Positions 16,601 to 18,633 of a stretch of DNA of 18,633 nucleotides are shown piece after piece. The position numbers were made by a program, and so were the translations under genes. The stretch is from Campylobacterota bacterium. GTDB taxonomy: Bacteria; Campylobacterota; Campylobacteria; Campylobacterales; Arcobacteraceae. Position 1 is the stretch's first letter. Every line of letters starts with the position of its first letter. The stretch is taken from assembly GCA_051746405.1 (NCBI GenBank), contig JBNJFB010000047.1:1-18633 (forward strand), written 5' to 3'. The notes below the pieces were generated by a model. It did not search any database. It saw only the letters and a program-made list of their open reading frames with translations, and was not told where the DNA came from.

Positions 16601-16827
16601 AAGTACTACAGTTTATTGAGTTTATAGTAGTTCATTATACTAAAAAAGTTTTAGAGTTCCAAAGAGTAAATGAAAATCCAAGTGATGCATTTGCAAACTT
16701 TGTTAAAAATGAACAAGATGTATTTTATACAGTAAGAACACATCTTGATAGCTTTATAGCAAGAGATGTAAAAGATGTAAAAGAGATTGCAATCACAGTA
16801 AATCAACTATTAGTCTCTTTAGTATAA
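13642..16827 (+). CDS. gdhB: Large-type NAD-dependent glutamate dehydrogenase (Bac_GDH family), compact form
   Basis: 1061 aa with RGGLRWSDR, KGGF, DPYFVVAADKGTA, DAFASGGS.GY.HK.LGITARG, MSGDVFGNG, NGGVGTYVK, EGGNLGLTQ and DNSAGVNTSDHEVNLKI. AAGGAAG RBS. Confidence 0.92.
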   Translation: MATSDIQAICSQLLTPDDLAVSDELFKKVSQEGIVTKIINKNDAKYIKVFSMKQLYLSHITPLLHNIGLEIIDEVTYNVNCDEGQVYISRFNLNIPDTKELENAKDNLEHIITYSLKDCTLKHSKAFCLVYKQNLDLRKIKLLRAFIEYIDQAVLTINSATILNTLTTHDSLACLFVKYFITKFKPEIKNRKKQLNEVEDEIKSKIKEIPQIIDDKILNITLLFLKSLLRTNYFLDKETISFKVDTKSFGKDLKGLQPNIENFIYHSDFYGVHLRMSKVSRGGLRWSDRHDDYRQEVKSLMITQEGKNSIIIPDGSKGGFVINKDKEEITKEYFTHIYSEFIHANLDLVDNMVNGKVVKDERIVAYDEEDPYFVVAADKGTAAMSDVANEIAISRDYWLGDAFASGGSNGYGHKDLGITARGSLMSTKRFFIEEEINIYKDEVSVVGIGSMSGDVFGNGMVESKMFKLVAAISHRDIFIDPNPDLEKSFQERKRLFESKNGGWSNYDKSIISKGGGLFNRHDKEITLTSEIKKLLGTTKKVVSGEQLCKMLLTLEVDMLFNGGVGTYVKASDENNLDLGDKQNEAVRVDATELKAKIVCEGGNLGLTQKARIEYALIGGRIHQDSIDNSAGVNTSDHEVNLKILLNSIKAQGILDKKQVQETLYSLTGQVVDMVLQNNYDQALVISIDEQHSRKYPTDYIKTIEVLENNVEAFNRRDFYIPKSENINEITDIDGSIVRPVLGSLISYSKIFIKKILLDTDLIDEQFALQYLFRYFPKSFVGAYEHEIIKHPLKREIIATMIADIIINSQGCTFVSDFEKLGVDKFLLKIKSYLIIKQLFGAREIRQKIYNQDYIMPVEKQYKLINKLEYTLYSSTKWTVKYLKKNQLDSAHILDYKDELFQLLSEVHNQKIEVLLKDDPDFNQFFSVIDYLRFAIAAIMIKEDTHHSFKDVVILFYSIVHEFNILEIVLALNKVKINNKSDLVLRNQVLQFIEFIVVHYTKKVLEFQRVNENPSDAFANFVKNEQDVFYTVRTHLDSFIARDVKDVKEIAITVNQLLVSLV

Positions 16828-16846
16828 GTTTATCTTATGCTAAAGA
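16816..16846 (+). terminator. Hairpin overlapping the GDH stop codon
   Basis: TCTTTAGTATAAG-tttat-CTTATGCTAAAGA (13 bp, one G-U pair) with a weak U-tract. Confidence 0.55.
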
Positions 16847-16900
16847 CTTGATTTATACTATTTAAATTAGTTATACTTATAAAAAATGAAAGGACTAATT

Positions 16901-17110
16901 ATGAAAAAAGAGACAGATGATGAATTAACAATGCATAAAATAGATGATTATAATGGAAATGAATCAAAAAGCAAAAGAAAAACGGTAAAAATAGTTATAG
17001 CTATATGTTTAGCTGTAGGTGTTATTTTTGCATACTTTAAGGCAACTTCAGTTCCAGATGATTATGTGGGAACTGCTGAAAAACCTGGTATAAGTGCAAC
17101 TAAACAGTAA
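16901..17110 (+). CDS. Small hypothetical single-pass membrane protein (69 aa)
   Basis: AAGGA RBS upstream of ATG 16901 (the ORF track starts at 16886). Basic patch KSKRK then a hydrophobic helix IVIAICLAVGVIFAYF. Own candidate promoter (TTGATT 16848, TATACT 16872) and terminator. Confidence 0.75.
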   Translation: MKKETDDELTMHKIDDYNGNESKSKRKTVKIVIAICLAVGVIFAYFKATSVPDDYVGTAEKPGISATKQ

Positions 17111-17114
17111 TCAG

Positions 17115-17157
17115 AAATCACTTACTAGTTTTAATTAGTGAGTGATTTAATTTTTTT
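17115..17157 (+). terminator. Intrinsic terminator after the small membrane protein gene
   Basis: AAATCACTTACTAGTT / AATTAGTGAGTGATTT stem with G-U pairs, followed by AATTTTTTT. Confidence 0.75.
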
Positions 17158-17207
17158 CATAAATCTCTCTTAAGTCATAATTATTATTTTATAAAATCAA
17201 ATAAATA

Positions 17208-17216
17208 TGATATAAT
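17208..17216 (+). promoter_or_regulatory. Extended -10 promoter of the response regulator gene
   Basis: TGATATAAT about 48 nt upstream of ATG 17265, with an AAGG RBS. Confidence 0.5.
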
Positions 17217-17264
17217 AATATTGACTTTAAAGATTGTAAAAATGTAATAAAAAAAAGGTTTTTA

Positions 17265-17942
17265 ATGGATGAAAAGATTAGAATATTATTAATTGAGGAT
17301 GAAAAGCTAGTAGCCCAAAATTTAAAATCAGTTATTGAAGATTTTAATTATGAAATCGTTGATATAGTTGATACAGCTCAAGATGCTTTTGATGTAGCTT
17401 TTAATAAAAACATTGATATTGTAGTTTCAGATATTGAGATAAAAGGTCTGACTGATGGTATAGAGGTTTGTGAGGTATTGCAAAATACCTATAATCTTCC
17501 TATAATTTTTATAACTGCCTATAATGATACTGACAAAATAAATAGGGCTTCATGTTTAAATAATATGGTAGGATATTTAGTAAAACCACTTAGATTAGAT
17601 GAGCTTGATACTATGATAAAAATTGCTGTTTCAAAATATAATATTTTGGGAAAGAGAAAGCTAATAGATATTGGAGCTAATTATAAGTATGATTTAGATA
17701 ATAAAAAAGTTTTTGAAGGTGATAAAGAGATTGTATTGACTAGAAATGAGAGTATTTTATTGTCACTACTAGTTAGTTCAAAAGAGAAAACACTATCTTA
17801 TGATGCTATCAACAAAGCTATATGGAAAGAAAAAAAAGCTTCAGATGTTGCAAGAAGACAGCTAATACATAGGCTTAAAAGTAAACTTCCAAATATAAAT
17901 ATCGCTTCTGAAAAGAGTATTGGTATTTATATAAAAGAGTAA
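17265..17942 (+). CDS. Two-component response regulator (receiver + OmpR/PhoB-type winged helix)
   Basis: 225 aa. Receiver motifs LLIEDE, VVSDIEI, FITAY and YLVKP. C-terminal LTRNE..LL.LL...IW...RQLIHRLKSKL...IGIY. Confidence 0.9.
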   Translation: MDEKIRILLIEDEKLVAQNLKSVIEDFNYEIVDIVDTAQDAFDVAFNKNIDIVVSDIEIKGLTDGIEVCEVLQNTYNLPIIFITAYNDTDKINRASCLNNMVGYLVKPLRLDELDTMIKIAVSKYNILGKRKLIDIGANYKYDLDNKKVFEGDKEIVLTRNESILLSLLVSSKEKTLSYDAINKAIWKEKKASDVARRQLIHRLKSKLPNINIASEKSIGIYIKE

Positions 17943-17959
17943 GATTTATACTTACTCTT
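17935..17959. terminator. Hairpin between the convergent regulator and globin genes
   Basis: AAGAGTAAG-atttata-CTTACTCTT; the left arm contains the regulator stop codon. Confidence 0.6.
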
Positions 17960-17982
17960 ATAAAAACTCAAAAAATTTATAA

Positions 17983-18414
17983 TTATTTATTGGTATTCAT
18001 CATCCAAATTGAGAAGATATCAAGGTAGTTCCAAAATGACTGTTTTAAATCCTCTGGCATATCTGAACTTTTTAAAACAATTGCAAAAGATTCAAGCCAA
18101 ACCCTTCTAGCTTCAGGTGTTATTTCAAAAGGAGCATGTCTAGCTGCCATCATTGGTTTTCCTCTTTTTTGATTAAAGTATTGAGGACCTTGACAGATTT
18201 GAATAAAAAAATCAGCGGAGTGTTCTTTTGCTTTTTCAAATCCTTCTTTCGTAGGAGGGAACATTCCTTTTATTTCACTCTCTTTTAATAAATCATAATG
18301 ATCTGAAATAAGTTTTCTCATTCCATCTTCACCTAAATACTCCAATACTTTTGGACTAGGTTTTTCTACAGATGGTCTTGTTCCTACTTGTGCTTGTGTA
18401 ATATTATATTGCAT
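17983..18414 (-). CDS. Group II (trHbO-like) truncated hemoglobin
   Basis: 143 aa. B10 Tyr (DHYD), CD1 Phe (MFP), E-F hinge GP..Y, proximal His (ARHAPF) and G8 Trp (RVWL). Confidence 0.85.
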   Translation of the reverse strand: MQYNITQAQVGTRPSVEKPSPKVLEYLGEDGMRKLISDHYDLLKESEIKGMFPPTKEGFEKAKEHSADFFIQICQGPQYFNQKRGKPMMAARHAPFEITPEARRVWLESFAIVLKSSDMPEDLKQSFWNYLDIFSIWMMNTNK

Positions 18415-18533
18415 TTTATCAACCTTTTTAAACTATATGTTTTTATATTTTGCAGTGTTATAATACAACTAAAGTTTAAAATCTAATCTTAAGATAGAAA
18501 TTTTTAGCTTTAGAAAAATAAAATATGTTAAAA

Positions 18534-18633
18534 TGTGAATTTTTTGACTGAAAATTGACCCACTATTTTGAAAACTATTATCAGAGAATTCCGTTACACT
18601 CCATGACCCACCTCTAAACTAAAAAAACATAAT
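18534..18633. mobile_element. Probable terminus of an IS21-family insertion sequence (transposase genes outside the window)
   Basis: Starts TGT and carries GAAAATTGACCCAC (18550-18563) and a second TGACCCAC (18604-18611). TG ends with repeated AAATTGACCCAC-type motifs are what I recall for IS21-family ends such as IS1326. Confidence 0.6.

Noticed and set aside
18550..18611. TGACCCAC repeats as the start of a CRISPR array
   Set aside because: Only two short copies, far below CRISPR repeat length, and no cas genes. An IS21-type end explains them better.
1..18633. tRNA, rRNA, riboswitch or other structured ncRNA
   Set aside because: Intergenic gaps are short (about 200 nt or less), very AT-rich, and explained by promoters and terminators. 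An Rfam/Infernal scan would be needed to exclude small RNAs formally.

Overview
Very AT-rich bacterial chromosomal window. Gene content and style suggest Campylobacterota, probably Arcobacteraceae (inference, not verified). It holds about 20 intact CDSs: the 3' end of a GT9-like glycosyltransferase; an operon of a small membrane protein, a small secreted protein and xth; tauE-like, M42-like peptidase and zntB genes converging on rimK plus an AstE/AspA-family deacylase; a LysR gene divergent from MFS-aspA-short asparaginase; a solitary ATPase-wHTH-PD-(D/E)XK (DUF234-like) gene; ferritin; ppaC; a compact large-type NAD-glutamate dehydrogenase; a small membrane protein; an orphan response regulator; and a group II truncated globin. 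The window ends in what looks like an IS21-family terminus. No CRISPR array, rRNA or tRNA was seen. The best candidate for an under-described system is a RimK / M14 deacylase / M42 peptidase / ZntB block inside a neighbourhood rich in Glu/Asp catabolic genes, which could form a glutamylation or poly-Glu make-and-break cycle. All family calls rest on motif recognition by eye; no database search was run.
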